A stretch of DNA of 64,000 bases from Hyphomicrobium sp. Its GTDB lineage: Bacteria > Pseudomonadota > Alphaproteobacteria > Rhizobiales > Hyphomicrobiaceae. The notes under the pieces are model-generated. The model searched no databases and was not told the origin of the DNA. It saw only the letters and a list, made by a program, of their open reading frames with translations. The stretch lies in assembly GCA_031402935.1 (NCBI GenBank), contig JANNSR010000076.1, forward strand, positions 665 to 64,664, written 5' to 3'. Of this stretch, positions 1 to 10,621 are shown one piece after another. Every line of letters begins with the position of its first letter. Positions within the stretch are counted from its first letter, which is position 1. Position numbers and translations under genes: made by a program.

Positions 1-1
1 G

Positions 2-118
2 TTTCTAGGGTTCGGCGGCGTCGCCGGTACCGCAATGGAGGGCGCGCGCATTCTGTTCTGGGTCGCGATTGTTCTCTTTGTCGTGTCGCTGATCGCGGGC
101 GTTATCCGCAGGGCCTGA
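2..118 (+). CDS. UPF0391/DUF1328-type small membrane protein, C-terminal part (5' end outside window)
   Basis: The frame is open from the window edge and reads FLGFGGVAGTAMEGARILFWVAIVLFVVSLIAGVIRRA*, with stop TGA at 116-118. The GFGG.AG motif, a hydrophobic helix and a basic C-terminus match my recollection of the DUF1328 (YtjA-like) family. It is too short and open-ended to appear in the ORF track. Confidence 0.55.
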   Translation, partial: FLGFGGVAGTAMEGARILFWVAIVLFVVSLIAGVIRRA

Positions 119-312
119 CACGCCACTGCCGGCTATGACGGGTTCGTTAACTGTGGCGGCCAGGCCTTTGCCGGCTGCGGCCGCCCCAGTTTTCTGCAAA
201 TTATGGCAACCGGCGGTTCGTATAGATTAGGACTGAACCGGCCGCTTTCATCTGAATAAGCTGGCTTTTCCGGTAACAGTTCGCTGCCCTCCAGGTAAAT
301 TTTGTTTTCGAG

Positions 313-337
313 GGAACTCTTGTTCAAACATTGCGTT
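313..337 (+). promoter_or_regulatory. EcfG (sigma-EcfG) type promoter upstream of nepR
   Basis: GGAAC (313-317), a 16-nt spacer, then CGTT (334-337), about 90 nt upstream of the nepR ATG. This matches the published GGAAC-N16/17-CGTT consensus for alphaproteobacterial general stress promoters. Confidence 0.6.
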
Positions 338-425
338 TGATGACCTAATGCGGTCCGCGGCTGGCGACAGCCTAGGTCTGGCGCGGATCCCCAACTCGCG
401 TTGAGGGTCCTCAGGGGGAAGTCGA

Positions 426-656
426 ATGACAGACAAGAAGAGGTCACCAACTGAAATGCAGGCAGACGCGAATGGAGACGCGCGGCCCGTGACCGCTGTC
501 CGGGCTCAGGCCAAAGGACCGGCCTTGCCGCCGGAGGTTCAAGGTCAGATCGGGAAGCAGCTCCGCCAAGTCTATGGCCAGCTGTTGTCCGAGCCGCTGC
601 CAGACAAATTTTCGAAACTGCTCGATCAGCTCGGCAAGCCGGAGCGCGAGCAATGA
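426..656 (+). CDS. nepR: anti-sigma factor NepR
   Basis: A 76-aa protein with the C-terminal LSEPLPDKFSKLLDQL helix typical of NepR. Its stop overlaps the ecfG start (ATGA at 653-656). Confidence 0.85.
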   Translation: MTDKKRSPTEMQADANGDARPVTAVRAQAKGPALPPEVQGQIGKQLRQVYGQLLSEPLPDKFSKLLDQLGKPEREQ

Positions 657-1207
657 CCGCGAACGTTCACCCAACCCTGCAGCAGGATCTCGCAGCGGTG
701 GTGCCGAATTTACGCGCGTTCGCACGCTCGCTTTGCGGCAACCCGGATCAGGCCGATGACTTGGTGCAGGAAACGCTCATCAAGGCCTGGAAGAATCAAG
801 CCAGCTTTGCCGAAGGGTCGAACCTCAAGGCGTGGTTATTCACGATTCTCCGCAATACGTTCCTGTCGGAACGCCGCAAACGTAAACGCGAGGTTGAAGA
901 TCAGGACGGCGTCATGGCCGCACAATTGAGCGTACATGGCGCGCAGTCGGGCCACATGGACATGATCGACTTTCGCAAGGCGTTTGCGACGCTGCCGGAA
1001 GAACAGCGCGAAGCGCTCGTGCTGATCGGTGCCGAAGGTTTTTCCTACGAAGAAGCAGCCCTGATGTGCGGCTGTGCCGTGGGCACCATCAAAAGCCGGG
1101 TCAACCGTGCGCGTGTGAAACTGTGCGAAATTCTCGGTGTCGATGGTGCTGACGACTTCGGGCCCGACCATTTCGCGCAAGCGCATACCGGCGCAGCGTT
1201 CCCCTGA
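653..1207 (+). CDS. ecfG: ECF sigma factor EcfG (general stress response sigma)
   Basis: The 184-aa protein has sigma-70 region 2 (DDLVQETLIKAWKN...AWLFTILRN) and region 4 (EQREALVLIGAEGFSYEEAALMCGCAVGTIKSRVNRAR). It is translationally coupled to nepR. Confidence 0.9.
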   Translation: MTANVHPTLQQDLAAVVPNLRAFARSLCGNPDQADDLVQETLIKAWKNQASFAEGSNLKAWLFTILRNTFLSERRKRKREVEDQDGVMAAQLSVHGAQSGHMDMIDFRKAFATLPEEQREALVLIGAEGFSYEEAALMCGCAVGTIKSRVNRARVKLCEILGVDGADDFGPDHFAQAHTGAAFP

Positions 1208-1388
1208 AAATCCGGATACCCCGCCGGACCGGACCCGGGCGCCGTCCGAAAACCACTCCGAACCCTATTTGCAGCCTTGCCCGGCTAGGACCAGATCGAC
1301 AAATTCTGAGCTAATAAATTGTAATCAATAGCTTTTTTAGCGGGCAGAGGCGCCCCATACATTGGCCAGAATAAATTTTGCAACTGTT

Positions 1389-1414
1389 GGAACCAATGGC
1401 CCGCGGCAAGCGTT
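1389..1414 (+). promoter_or_regulatory. EcfG-type promoter upstream of phyR
   Basis: GGAAC (1389-1393), a 17-nt spacer, then CGTT (1411-1414), about 100 nt upstream of the phyR ATG. Confidence 0.6.
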
Positions 1415-1514
1415 GTGCCCACTGACGCCGTGCGTTTCGTCCGCTAATCCTGATGCAGGAGAGCGCAACGCCGCCAGCCATTGCTTGTAACCGCCGCCAG
1501 GGGGACTTTCAGGA

Positions 1515-2339
1515 ATGACGCAGTCCATCGCAGACGTTGTTGCTCCAGAACTTCCATATTTGAGGCGGTTCGCGAGGGCCCTCACGGGCAGCCAAGATTC
1601 CGGTGACGCCTATGTCGTTGCCATGCTCGAGACCCTTGTCGCCGATACGCGATCCTTGAATCGCGAATTGCCGCCCAAGACCGCGGTCTATAAGTCGTTC
1701 CTGCAGGTCTGGGGAGCGCTGCCTATTAATCAGCGCACCGAGGCCGTGATCTCCAACGGCTTTGAAGGCACTGCCGATCGCCGGATCGAGACGTTGACGC
1801 CGCTGGCAAGGCAGGCGTTCCTTCTTGCGGGGCTCGAAGAATTTTCCCCGCGGGACATTTCCGCGATTTTGAATGTGCCGGAAAAAGAAGTTACGCGGCT
1901 GCTTGATGTTGCTGGCAAGGAAATCTCCGAGCAAATCTCAGCGCGCGTGCTGATCATTGAGGACGAGCCGCTGATTGCGCTCGACATCGAGACACTGGTC
2001 GCCGACATCGGCCACCAAGTTGTCGGCGTTGCGACAACGCGCACGACCGCCACCGAGATGGCGCGAACGACGAAGCCGGGTCTGGTGCTCGCGGACATTC
2101 AACTCGCGGACGGCAGCTCGGGCATCGATGCCGTCAACGACATTCTGAGCGAGACGAGCGTGCCGGTGATTTTCATCACCGCCTACCCGGAGCGGCTGCT
2201 GACGGGCGATAGGGCCGAGCCTACGTTCCTGGTAACCAAGCCGTTCCGCCCCGAGATGGTCAAAGCCATTATCAGCCAGGCTTTGTTTTTCGACATGAAA
2301 GCCGGCAAGGCCGGCGTCTCACAAGGGGAAGCGGCGTAA
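1515..2339 (+). CDS. phyR: anti-anti-sigma response regulator PhyR (sigma-like domain plus receiver)
   Basis: The N-terminus (LPYLRRFARALTGSQDSGDAYV) is a degenerate ECF-sigma-like domain. The C-terminal receiver domain has RVLIIEDEPLIALD...LVLADIQLADG...TKPF. Confidence 0.9.
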   Translation: MTQSIADVVAPELPYLRRFARALTGSQDSGDAYVVAMLETLVADTRSLNRELPPKTAVYKSFLQVWGALPINQRTEAVISNGFEGTADRRIETLTPLARQAFLLAGLEEFSPRDISAILNVPEKEVTRLLDVAGKEISEQISARVLIIEDEPLIALDIETLVADIGHQVVGVATTRTTATEMARTTKPGLVLADIQLADGSSGIDAVNDILSETSVPVIFITAYPERLLTGDRAEPTFLVTKPFRPEMVKAIISQALFFDMKAGKAGVSQGEAA

Positions 2340-2497
2340 CGGCCGTTTACATGGAAAGGTAAGGCACGCGATTCACCCGGCACTCCGATTGCGAACGACC
2401 ATGCTGCAACTCTCGCCCCTGAATGTCGTAGCTAAATCACAATTTCCCGCTGGAAGGCGGTGTTTGTGCAGCTCCTTAGCTATCGGACAATGATGTT

Positions 2498-4285
2498 GTG
2501 AACCTGCCAAATCTTGAAAATACACTTGGATTGCGCCTGCTGGCATCAAGTCCGGATTGCGTCAAGCTTCTCGATCTTGCGGGAAGGCTGCTGTTCGTCA
2601 GCGAAAACGCTCGAAAGCTACTCGAAATTGATGACGATCAAGACGTAGATGGTCAACCTTGGCTGTCACTTTGGCCGGCGGACTTGGCCGACACTTTGAA
2701 CAAAGCGGTTGCCGACGCTATTGCTGGGCACGTGGGTCGGTTCTCGGGGATGGCTCCGACTGTAAAAGGGAACATCAAGTGGTGGGACGTTGCCGTTAGC
2801 CCGGTCACAGACACTTCCGGCCGGCTGATGTACTTGCTCGCGGTCTCGCGCGATATCACAGCCCAGAAAGCCGTCGAACAATCGCTGTCCGCCAGCGAGC
2901 AACGGTTTCGGGCGCTGGCCGACAACATCGCGCAATTCGCCTGGATGGCCGATCCATCAGGCAGCATCTTTTGGTACAACCAGCGCTGGTTTGACTTCAC
3001 CGGAACCACGCTTGAGGACGTGCGCGGCTGGGGCTGGCAGAAAGTTCATCATCCCGACCATGTCGCGCGCGTCGTCGAAAAGATAAGGTCTTGTTTCGAA
3101 AGCGGCGAGATTTGGGAGGACACATTCCCGCTGCGCGGCGCTGATGGCACCTATCGCTGGTTCCTGTCTCGCGCCATGCCGATCCGCGACGACAACAACA
3201 GGATCGTGTTGTGGTGCGGCACCAACACCGACATTACCGATCAGCGCAACGCCAGCAATAGGTTGCGCCAGCTGGCGCGGCTGATCGAACTGTCGCATGA
3301 AGCCATTCTTGTGCGCAGCGTCACCGACGGAATTCTGCTTTGGAACCGCGGCTGCGAAGACCTTTATGGATTCAGCCGGGAGGAGGCCCTGGGCCGCAAC
3401 AAAAATGAGTTGCTCAAATCAAGACATACGCTGCCTCTCGGCGAGATCGAGCGCGCGCTTGCGTCAGAAGGTGCTTGGTCGGGCGAGATGCTGCGCAGTG
3501 CCAAGGACGGCACGGAAGTCTGGGTCGATTGCCGCAAGGAGGTCATCGATCTCGGCGAGACGACGGTTATCCTCGAGACCGACCGCGATATTACCGACCG
3601 GCGCAAAGCCGACGAAGTGCGCAACCTGCTGGTTGGCGAACTCAACCACCGCGTCAAAAACACGCTTGCGATCGTGCAATCGCTGGCTACTCAAACGGCG
3701 CGCAATTCCGACACCATGGAAGACTTCGTTGCGGGCTTCAGCAGCCGGCTGCAAGGGCTGACGGGGGCTTACAACATCTTGACGGATGCCAATTGGTCGG
3801 CCGCCAAACTGCGCGAACTGCTGCAATCTCAGTTCGAAGTGACAGCCGGCGACGTGCGGCGCATCGAGATGCAGGGCGAAGACGTTTTCATTCCGCCCCA
3901 GCCGGCATTGCAACTGACACTGATCGTGCACGAACTCGCAACCAACGCGATCATGCACGGCGCGCTAGCGTCCCCTGACGGCACCATCAAGATTTCCTGG
4001 CATGTCGAACAGGCGGGCGGGCGCAAGCTGCGGCTGTTATGGCGCGAAATGGGCGGCGCAAACGTTCAAGCGCCGGTTACAAAGGGTCTCGGACTGTCTT
4101 TGATCGAGCGCTCGAACCGTCTGCCGCATATCACGACGGACATCGTGTTCGAACCTGAAGGCGTGCGTTGTTCGATTTCCGTAGATCTCGGTGAAGACGC
4201 TGGCAAAGAACCGGCGTATTTCAATCCCTCGCACAAGCGCGGCGAGAGTGCCGCGGGCGGCGTTCCCAACGCGACTCGGCGCTGA
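2498..4285 (+). CDS. PAS/PAC-domain sensor histidine kinase of the HWE/HisKA_2 type (PhyK-like)
   Basis: Repeated PAS/PAC signatures ([35 protein letters not shown]) are followed by the [17 protein letters not shown]-box typical of HWE/HisKA_2 kinases. The start is GTG. It lies directly downstream of phyR. Confidence 0.85.
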   Translation: MNLPNLENTLGLRLLASSPDCVKLLDLAGRLLFVSENARKLLEIDDDQDVDGQPWLSLWPADLADTLNKAVADAIAGHVGRFSGMAPTVKGNIKWWDVAVSPVTDTSGRLMYLLAVSRDITAQKAVEQSLSASEQRFRALADNIAQFAWMADPSGSIFWYNQRWFDFTGTTLEDVRGWGWQKVHHPDHVARVVEKIRSCFESGEIWEDTFPLRGADGTYRWFLSRAMPIRDDNNRIVLWCGTNTDITDQRNASNRLRQLARLIELSHEAILVRSVTDGILLWNRGCEDLYGFSREEALGRNKNELLKSRHTLPLGEIERALASEGAWSGEMLRSAKDGTEVWVDCRKEVIDLGETTVILETDRDITDRRKADEVRNLLVGELNHRVKNTLAIVQSLATQTARNSDTMEDFVAGFSSRLQGLTGAYNILTDANWSAAKLRELLQSQFEVTAGDVRRIEMQGEDVFIPPQPALQLTLIVHELATNAIMHGALASPDGTIKISWHVEQAGGRKLRLLWREMGGANVQAPVTKGLGLSLIERSNRLPHITTDIVFEPEGVRCSISVDLGEDAGKEPAYFNPSHKRGESAAGGVPNATRR

Positions 4286-4353
4286 CTGATCGCGCGCGGT
4301 TGTGTATAGTTGAGCGCCTGCATAAGCTCTGTCGCCGGGACGCAACCGATCGC

Positions 4354-5280
4354 ATGACACCCATTATATCGATCTCGAACGTCTCGAAGACCTATGCTTC
4401 GGGTTACCATGCACTGAATTCAATTAATCTCGACATCCGGCAGGGGGAAATTTTCGCGCTTCTCGGACCAAATGGCGCTGGCAAAACGACCTTGATCAGC
4501 ATCATCTGCGGCATCGTCACGCCGACAGCGGGCACTGTCACCGTTGACGGCCATGATATCGCGAGCGGCTATCGCGCCGTCCGCGCCATGATCGGCCTCG
4601 TGCCGCAGGAACTGGCGACAGACATGTTCGAAACGGTTTGGGCGACCGTCAATTTCAGCCGCGGATTGTTTGGAAAACCGGCAAACCCGGCCTTCATCGA
4701 AAAAATCCTCAAGCAGCTGTCGTTATGGGACAAGCGCGACAGCAAGATCTTGGCGCTGTCGGGCGGCATGAAGCGCCGCTTGTTGATTGCGAAAGCCTTG
4801 GCACATGAGCCGCGCATCCTGTTCCTCGACGAGCCAACCGCTGGCGTCGATGTGGAGCTGAGAAGGGAAATGTGGCAGACGGTCAGAGACCTGCGCGCGT
4901 CCGGCGTTACCGTGATCCTGACGACGCACTACATCGAGGAAGCCGAGGATATGGCCGACCGGATCGGCGTCATCACCAAGGGCGAGCTGATCCTGGTCGA
5001 AGACACGGCAACGCTGATGCGCAAGCTCGGCAAGAAGCAGCTTGTGCTGCAACTGCAATCGAAGCTCGACGCTATTCCTGATGCGCTGAGCGGCCATGGC
5101 CTGCAGTTGTCTGCCGACGGCCAGGAGTTGGTCTTCACCTACGATACCCAGTCGGAGCGCACCGGCATCACGGCGCTTTTGAACGATTTGCGATCATCCG
5201 GCATCGCGTTCCGCGATCTCAGCACGACGCAGGATTCGCTTGAAGACATTTTCGTCGATCTTGTGAGGCAGTCGGTATGA
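4354..5280 (+). CDS. ABC transporter ATP-binding protein (ABC-2 exporter type)
   Basis: Walker [10 protein letters not shown], signature LSGGMKRR and Walker B ILFLDEP are present. The start is set at ATG 4354 ([10 protein letters not shown]); the 18 upstream codons in the ORF track look like read-through. The stop overlaps the permease start (ATGA). Confidence 0.85.
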   Translation: MTPIISISNVSKTYASGYHALNSINLDIRQGEIFALLGPNGAGKTTLISIICGIVTPTAGTVTVDGHDIASGYRAVRAMIGLVPQELATDMFETVWATVNFSRGLFGKPANPAFIEKILKQLSLWDKRDSKILALSGGMKRRLLIAKALAHEPRILFLDEPTAGVDVELRREMWQTVRDLRASGVTVILTTHYIEEAEDMADRIGVITKGELILVEDTATLMRKLGKKQLVLQLQSKLDAIPDALSGHGLQLSADGQELVFTYDTQSERTGITALLNDLRSSGIAFRDLSTTQDSLEDIFVDLVRQSV

Positions 5281-6038
5281 ACGTCGAAGCCGTACGTGCG
5301 ATCTACTGGTTCGAGATGGCCCGCTGGGGCCGGACGCTGGCGCAGAGCATCGTCTCGCCCGTGCTATCGACATCGCTTTATTTCATCGTCTTCGGCGCGG
5401 CGATTGGGTCGCGCATTGCGCAGATCGACGGCATCAGCTATGGCGCGTTCATCGTGCCCGGTCTGGTCATGCTGTTGATTTTGACCGAGAGCACGGCGAA
5501 CGCATCGTTCGGCATTTATTTCCCGCGCTTCACCGGCACGATATACGAAATCCTTTCGGCACCGATCTCGCCGTTTGAGATCGTGCTCGGCTACGTTGGC
5601 GCGGCGGCGACGAAGTCCGTCATCCTTGGCTTGATCATTCTGGCAACGGCGAGCCTGTTCGTCGAGGTGCGCATTGCCCATCCTTTCTGGATGCTGGCGT
5701 TCCTGGTTTTGACGGCGATCACGTTCAGCCTGCTCGGTTTCATCATCGGCATCTGGGCCGACGGCTTCGAGCGCCTGCAAATCGTGCCGCTGCTCGTCAT
5801 CACGCCGCTGACGTTTCTCGGCGGCACGTTCTATTCGATCAATATGCTGCCACCCTTCTGGCAGACCGTGACGCTGTTCAACCCGATCGTGTATCTGATC
5901 AGCGGCTTCCGCTGGAGCTTCTATGAAATCTCCGACGTCAATGTCGGCGTCAGTTTGATGATGACGGTCGCCTTTATGGCCGCGTGCATGGCCGTCATCT
6001 GGTGGATCTTCAAAACCGGCTACCGGCTCAAGAGCTGA
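5277..6038 (+). CDS. ABC-2 type transporter permease
   Basis: A 253-aa polytopic hydrophobic protein with about 6 predicted TM stretches, translationally coupled to the ATPase. Confidence 0.8.
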   Translation: MNVEAVRAIYWFEMARWGRTLAQSIVSPVLSTSLYFIVFGAAIGSRIAQIDGISYGAFIVPGLVMLLILTESTANASFGIYFPRFTGTIYEILSAPISPFEIVLGYVGAAATKSVILGLIILATASLFVEVRIAHPFWMLAFLVLTAITFSLLGFIIGIWADGFERLQIVPLLVITPLTFLGGTFYSINMLPPFWQTVTLFNPIVYLISGFRWSFYEISDVNVGVSLMMTVAFMAACMAVIWWIFKTGYRLKS

Positions 6039-6051
6039 TCGGGAGATCGGC

Positions 6052-6675
6052 ATGCGGACGCGGCGAGAAACAGTGTTGCTGACTGGCTTCGGGCCGTTCC
6101 CTGGCGTCAGCGACAACGCGTCCGCGCGGCTTGTCGAAGCGCTGGCTGTTGAGGCCCGGAGAAAATTCCCGCGCGTGGCCTTTCACGCCGAAGTCCTGTC
6201 AACCGAATGGACCGCCGCGCCCGAGCGGCTCGACATATTGGTTGCGGACATCCGGCCAAATCTGATGCTGCACTTCGGGGTAGCGCGGGATTGCCCCGGC
6301 TTTCGCATCGAGACGCGGGCGCAGAACGCCTGCCATGTCACGGAAGACGCAGCCGGGCTTAAGCCAGCCGCCGCCTGGCTGGTCGAAAATAGCGCGCCGT
6401 CCCGAAGCGCGACACTGCCGGGCAAGCAAATCGTCGCGCGGTTAACGGCGCTCGGGCTGCCAGCTCATCTGTCGGATGACGCCGGCGGCTATCTGTGCAA
6501 CGCCGTGCTGTACTTTGCCCTCAGCTACGCCGAGGCCGCGCGCCAGCCCTGCCGCGCCGGTTTCATCCATATCCCAGCTGATCTTACCGGCCCGCCGCTG
6601 ACCTTCGACGATGCATTGAGGGGCGCGCTCGAAATCCTTCAGCTGTGCCTGAAAAAGCCGGACGTTAACGCCTGA
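6052..6675 (+). CDS. pcp: pyroglutamyl-peptidase I (peptidase C15)
   Basis: LLTGFGPFPGV at the N-terminus and the GGYLCNAVLY catalytic Cys region are typical of pyrrolidone-carboxylate peptidase. Confidence 0.75.
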   Translation: MRTRRETVLLTGFGPFPGVSDNASARLVEALAVEARRKFPRVAFHAEVLSTEWTAAPERLDILVADIRPNLMLHFGVARDCPGFRIETRAQNACHVTEDAAGLKPAAAWLVENSAPSRSATLPGKQIVARLTALGLPAHLSDDAGGYLCNAVLYFALSYAEAARQPCRAGFIHIPADLTGPPLTFDDALRGALEILQLCLKKPDVNA

Positions 6676-6726
6676 GGCGCTGGCGCAGGGCTTGCTTAAC
6701 TCCCGTGAGATTCCGGGAGACCCGCC

Positions 6727-8088
6727 ATGACCCACAACCGCCGTTCGATTCTAGCCGCCGGCCTCGGCTTCGGTGCAACAGCCAGCGCCGCCCACGCCGC
6801 TGAACGATCGCCGCTGCGCGAGGCGTTCCGCGAAATTGCTCATGATATCGTGCAGGGCCTTGAACCCGACACGGAGCGCGATCAGACAGCCATACTGCAA
6901 GCCGCGATCGATGCGGCCGCCGAGCGTGACCGGCCCGTCGTGCTGCCGCCAGGTACGTTTGTCATTAGCGACTTGCGCTTGCGGACTGGAACGAAGCTGA
7001 TCGGGGCTGCACGCACCACGACGCTCAAGTTCGGCGGCGGCCCGGCGTTCATCACAGCCGACAAGGCCAGCGGCATCACGCTGCAGCGCCTGACGCTCGA
7101 CGGCGCGTTCAAGGTGCTCGATGAAAGCCGCGGCGAAGGTCTGGTTACGCTGTCGCGTTGCACTGGGCTCGTGCTCGACGATCTCGATGTTCGCAACAGC
7201 GCAAACACTGGCCTGTCGCTTATCGCATGTTCCGGGCGCGTGACCGGCACGTCAATTTCGAACGTGCTCGACGCCGGATTGAAAAGTTTAGATGCGACCG
7301 GTCTCGATATCTCGGGCAACACGGTCTCGAACTGCGGCAACAACGGCATTCTGGTCTGGCGCTCGGACAAGGGCGAGGACGGCACCGTTGTCGCCAACAA
7401 CCGCGTCTCGAAAATTCGCAACGCGGCCGGCGGCACCGGTGCGTACGGCAACGGCATCAACGTGTTTCGCGCCGCAAGCGTGCTGGTGACAGCAAATCGC
7501 ATTTCAGACTGCGCCTATACCGCCATTCGCGGTAACGCGGCCTCCAACATCCAGATCACGTCGAACAGCTGCGAGCGCATGGGCGAAGTCGCGATCTATT
7601 CCGAGTTTGGCTTTGAAGGCGCGCTGATCGCCAATAACCTCATTGATTTCGCAGCGACCGGCATTTCGGTGACGAATTTCAATGAAGGCGGCCGCTTAGC
7701 GGTGATCCAAGGCAACCTGATCCGCAACCTGTTCCGCCGCGAACACGAAAAAGCTGATAAGCGCGGCGAAGGCATCGGCGTTGAAGCCGATGCGGTGGTC
7801 TCGGGCAACACGATCGAGGGCGCGCCGACGGTCGGCATCCAAGTCGGCTGGGGACCGTTCTTGCGCAACGTGTCGGTGACAGGGAATGTCGTGCGTAAAT
7901 CGCGCGTTGGTATTTCGATTTCATCGGCGCCGGACGCAGGCATTTGCCTGATCGCCAACAATCTGATTTCGGAGACCACCGACGGCGCCATCCGCGCCAT
8001 GGCGCTTGGTGCGCCGTTCGGGCCGGACCTCGCGCGCGAACCGGGCGCGAGCGACCGTGTCACGCTGTCGGGTAATGTCGCGGTGTGA
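6727..8088 (+). CDS. Tat-exported right-handed beta-helix repeat protein (TIGR03808-like), function unknown
   Basis: A twin-arginine signal (MTHNRRSILAAGLGFGATASAAHA) is followed by repeated PbH1-like turns (NSANTGLSL, NCGNNGILVW, DCAYTAIRGN, ATGISVTNF). Confidence 0.65.
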   Translation: MTHNRRSILAAGLGFGATASAAHAAERSPLREAFREIAHDIVQGLEPDTERDQTAILQAAIDAAAERDRPVVLPPGTFVISDLRLRTGTKLIGAARTTTLKFGGGPAFITADKASGITLQRLTLDGAFKVLDESRGEGLVTLSRCTGLVLDDLDVRNSANTGLSLIACSGRVTGTSISNVLDAGLKSLDATGLDISGNTVSNCGNNGILVWRSDKGEDGTVVANNRVSKIRNAAGGTGAYGNGINVFRAASVLVTANRISDCAYTAIRGNAASNIQITSNSCERMGEVAIYSEFGFEGALIANNLIDFAATGISVTNFNEGGRLAVIQGNLIRNLFRREHEKADKRGEGIGVEADAVVSGNTIEGAPTVGIQVGWGPFLRNVSVTGNVVRKSRVGISISSAPDAGICLIANNLISETTDGAIRAMALGAPFGPDLAREPGASDRVTLSGNVAV

Positions 8089-8152
8089 GCGCGGCAGGCA
8101 CGCGACCGCGGAAACGATGCGTGCGGCGCACCGGTCAAATCCCATGCGTCTC

Positions 8153-8163
8153 GGGGGGGGGGG
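8153..8163. repeat. G11 homopolymer tract in an intergenic region
   Basis: Eleven consecutive G residues were counted directly (8153-8163), between the beta-helix gene stop (8088) and the recQ start. Confidence 0.95.
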
Positions 8164-8431
8164 ATGACGAGGGACTTGACCGGCGGCTCGCAGGTCTGGC
8201 GCAGGAAAGTCCCCCACCAGCTTGGTTTGCACCGTAGCGGGCGCAAGATGAACTCGCGCTGAATGGGCGCGAAGCGTGCCGTTGCGGTTTCAGGGCCAGG
8301 TAAAACCGATAAATCAGCTTGTTTTTCAACGGCATTCGATGCGGGCGCGGTGAAGCTGCTGTGAGGTGAGGGCGAGAATCGCTTTAGGCTCCTGGCGTCA
8401 CTTCCAGATTTTCCCCAAAGGATCGCCGCCG

Positions 8432-10615
8432 ATGCCGGCCCGCGCCGCGCCGCTCGCTTTGCCGCTCAGTCCGCCGCCAACGGGCGGAATGGCGGAAGCC
8501 CGCGCTAAGCTTGAGGACGTCTTCGGCTACAAGACGTTTCGCACGCATCAAGCACAAGTCATCGAAACGGTGCTGGCGGGCGGCGATTGCCTGGCCCTAA
8601 TGCCGACCGGCGGCGGCAAGTCGCTGTGCTACCAGATCCCGGCGCTGGTGCGCGGCGGCACCGGCATTGTTGTCTCGCCGCTGATCGCCTTGATGCAGGA
8701 TCAGGTCGATGCGCTGCGCGATGTCGGCGTCAAGGCGGCGTTCCTCAATTCGACGCTCGACCGCGCGACGCAGGACGGGATCGAACGCGAGTTCGCGGCA
8801 GGCGGGCTCGACCTGCTGTATGTCGCGCCCGAGCGGCTGGTGCAGGAGCGGAAGCTGTCGCTGATGGCGCGCCATGATGTGGCGCTGTTCGCCATCGATG
8901 AAGCTCATTGCGTGTCGCAGTGGGGGCACGACTTCCGTCCCGAATACCGCCAGCTCAGAATTCTCGCCGAGCGGTTCCCGTCGGTGCCGCGCATTGCGCT
9001 GACGGCCACGGCAGATGAGCGCACGCGCCAGGAAATTATTACCGAGCTGAGCCTAGAGAACGCCCGCTGCTTTATCGCAAGTTTCGACCGGCCGAACATC
9101 CGCTACACAATAGCCGAAATGGGCGCTATGAGCGGGCGCGAAAAGCTCATGCGGTTTCTCGAAACCGAGCACCAGGGAGATGCGGGTATCGTCTACTGCC
9201 TGTCGCGCAAGTCCGTCGATGAGACGGCTGCGTGGCTGAATGCGAAGGGCCGCAAGGCGCTCGCCTATCACGCCGGGCTCGAGGCGCACGTCCGCGCCGG
9301 CGTGCAGTCGAAATTTCTGAACGACGACGGTATCATTATTGTCGCAACCGTTGCTTTCGGTATGGGCATCGACAAGCCCGACGTGCGCTTTGTCGCCCAT
9401 CTCAACTTGCCGAAAACGATTGAAGCCTACTATCAGGAAACCGGGCGCGCGGGCCGCGACGGCGAACCGGCCAACGCTTGGATGGCTTACGGCATCCAGG
9501 ACTTAGTGCAATTGCGCCAATGGATCGCGCAGTCGGACGGCTCGGATACGCACAAGCAGGTGCAGCGGCAGAAGCTCGACGCGCTGATCGGCTTGGCCGA
9601 GATGCCGGGTTGCCGGCGGCAGGCGTTGCTCGCTTATTTTGGCGAGCGTCTGCATGAGCCGTGCGGCAATTGTGACAACTGTCTCACTCCGCCCGAGACG
9701 CAGGACGGCACCGTGCTGGCGCAAAAGGCGCTGTCGGCGATTTATCGCACGGGGCAGCGCTTCGGCGTGACCTATGTGACGGACATCCTGACCGGCAAGG
9801 CCGACGAGCGCGCGCTGCGCAACAACCACGACAAGCTGACCGTGTTCGGCATCGGCAAAGATGTGACGGCGACGGCGTGGAAGGGATTGTTCCGGCAACT
9901 GATCGCGGGCGGGTACTTGACCGGCGACGACGATGGCCACGGCACACTGGCGCTGACAGACCGGGCGCGGCCGCTGCTGCGCGGGGAAGACAAGTTCCTG
10001 ATGCGCGTCATGCGGGCTGTTGCGAAACCGAAGAAACGCGACGCGAAACCTTCGCATATGGTTGCAAGCGAAAATGAGGCCCTGTTCCAGGCGCTAAAAG
10101 AGCTGCGGCTGAAACTGGCGGCGGCCGCGAAGTTGCCGCCTTATGTCGTGGCGCAAGACCGCACGCTTGTTGAACTCGCAGAAAAGCGCCCCGACACCGA
10201 GGACGCGCTGCACGATATTATGGGCCTTGGCGCCAGCAAGATCGCGCGCTACGGCCGCGCGTTTTTGCAGACTATTGCCAGTTTTAAGAAGCATCCCGTT
10301 CTAGCGAACCGATTGTCCGCTACGGTCAATCAGACGCTGGCCGCACACCTGCGCGGGCTTGATACCGAACAGATCGCCACTGAACGCAAACTTGATATCG
10401 GCACGGTGTACGGGCATTTCGCCGAAGCGATCGAAGCCGGTCTTGTGCGGGCGGACGACGTTTTGAAACTCGACGCGAGCGAGACCGACGACATCCTCGC
10501 TGCGTTCGAGCGCTGCCATACGGTCGATACCGGCAAGCTCGGCCCGGCGCACGCGAGCCTCGAAGGCCGCTACGACTACGGCATTCTCAAATGCCTGCTG
10601 GCGGAGATTGCGTGA
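8432..10615 (+). CDS. recQ: ATP-dependent DNA helicase RecQ with extra C-terminal HTH-like domain
   Basis: The protein has [39 protein letters not shown], the Zn-binding CGNCDNC motif and an HRDC region ([16 protein letters not shown]). The start is ambiguous: GTG 8366, ATG 8432 (with AAAGGA 9 nt upstream) or ATG 8489. Confidence 0.9.
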   Translation: MPARAAPLALPLSPPPTGGMAEARAKLEDVFGYKTFRTHQAQVIETVLAGGDCLALMPTGGGKSLCYQIPALVRGGTGIVVSPLIALMQDQVDALRDVGVKAAFLNSTLDRATQDGIEREFAAGGLDLLYVAPERLVQERKLSLMARHDVALFAIDEAHCVSQWGHDFRPEYRQLRILAERFPSVPRIALTATADERTRQEIITELSLENARCFIASFDRPNIRYTIAEMGAMSGREKLMRFLETEHQGDAGIVYCLSRKSVDETAAWLNAKGRKALAYHAGLEAHVRAGVQSKFLNDDGIIIVATVAFGMGIDKPDVRFVAHLNLPKTIEAYYQETGRAGRDGEPANAWMAYGIQDLVQLRQWIAQSDGSDTHKQVQRQKLDALIGLAEMPGCRRQALLAYFGERLHEPCGNCDNCLTPPETQDGTVLAQKALSAIYRTGQRFGVTYVTDILTGKADERALRNNHDKLTVFGIGKDVTATAWKGLFRQLIAGGYLTGDDDGHGTLALTDRARPLLRGEDKFLMRVMRAVAKPKKRDAKPSHMVASENEALFQALKELRLKLAAAAKLPPYVVAQDRTLVELAEKRPDTEDALHDIMGLGASKIARYGRAFLQTIASFKKHPVLANRLSATVNQTLAAHLRGLDTEQIATERKLDIGTVYGHFAEAIEAGLVRADDVLKLDASETDDILAAFERCHTVDTGKLGPAHASLEGRYDYGILKCLLAEIA

Positions 10616-10621
10616 CGGGCG

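Noticed and set aside
5364-6116. A 250-aa minus-strand ORF opposite the ABC-2 permease gene.
   Set aside because: It is an Arg/Asp-rich antisense translation. The plus-strand product is a convincing polytopic permease coupled to its ATPase.
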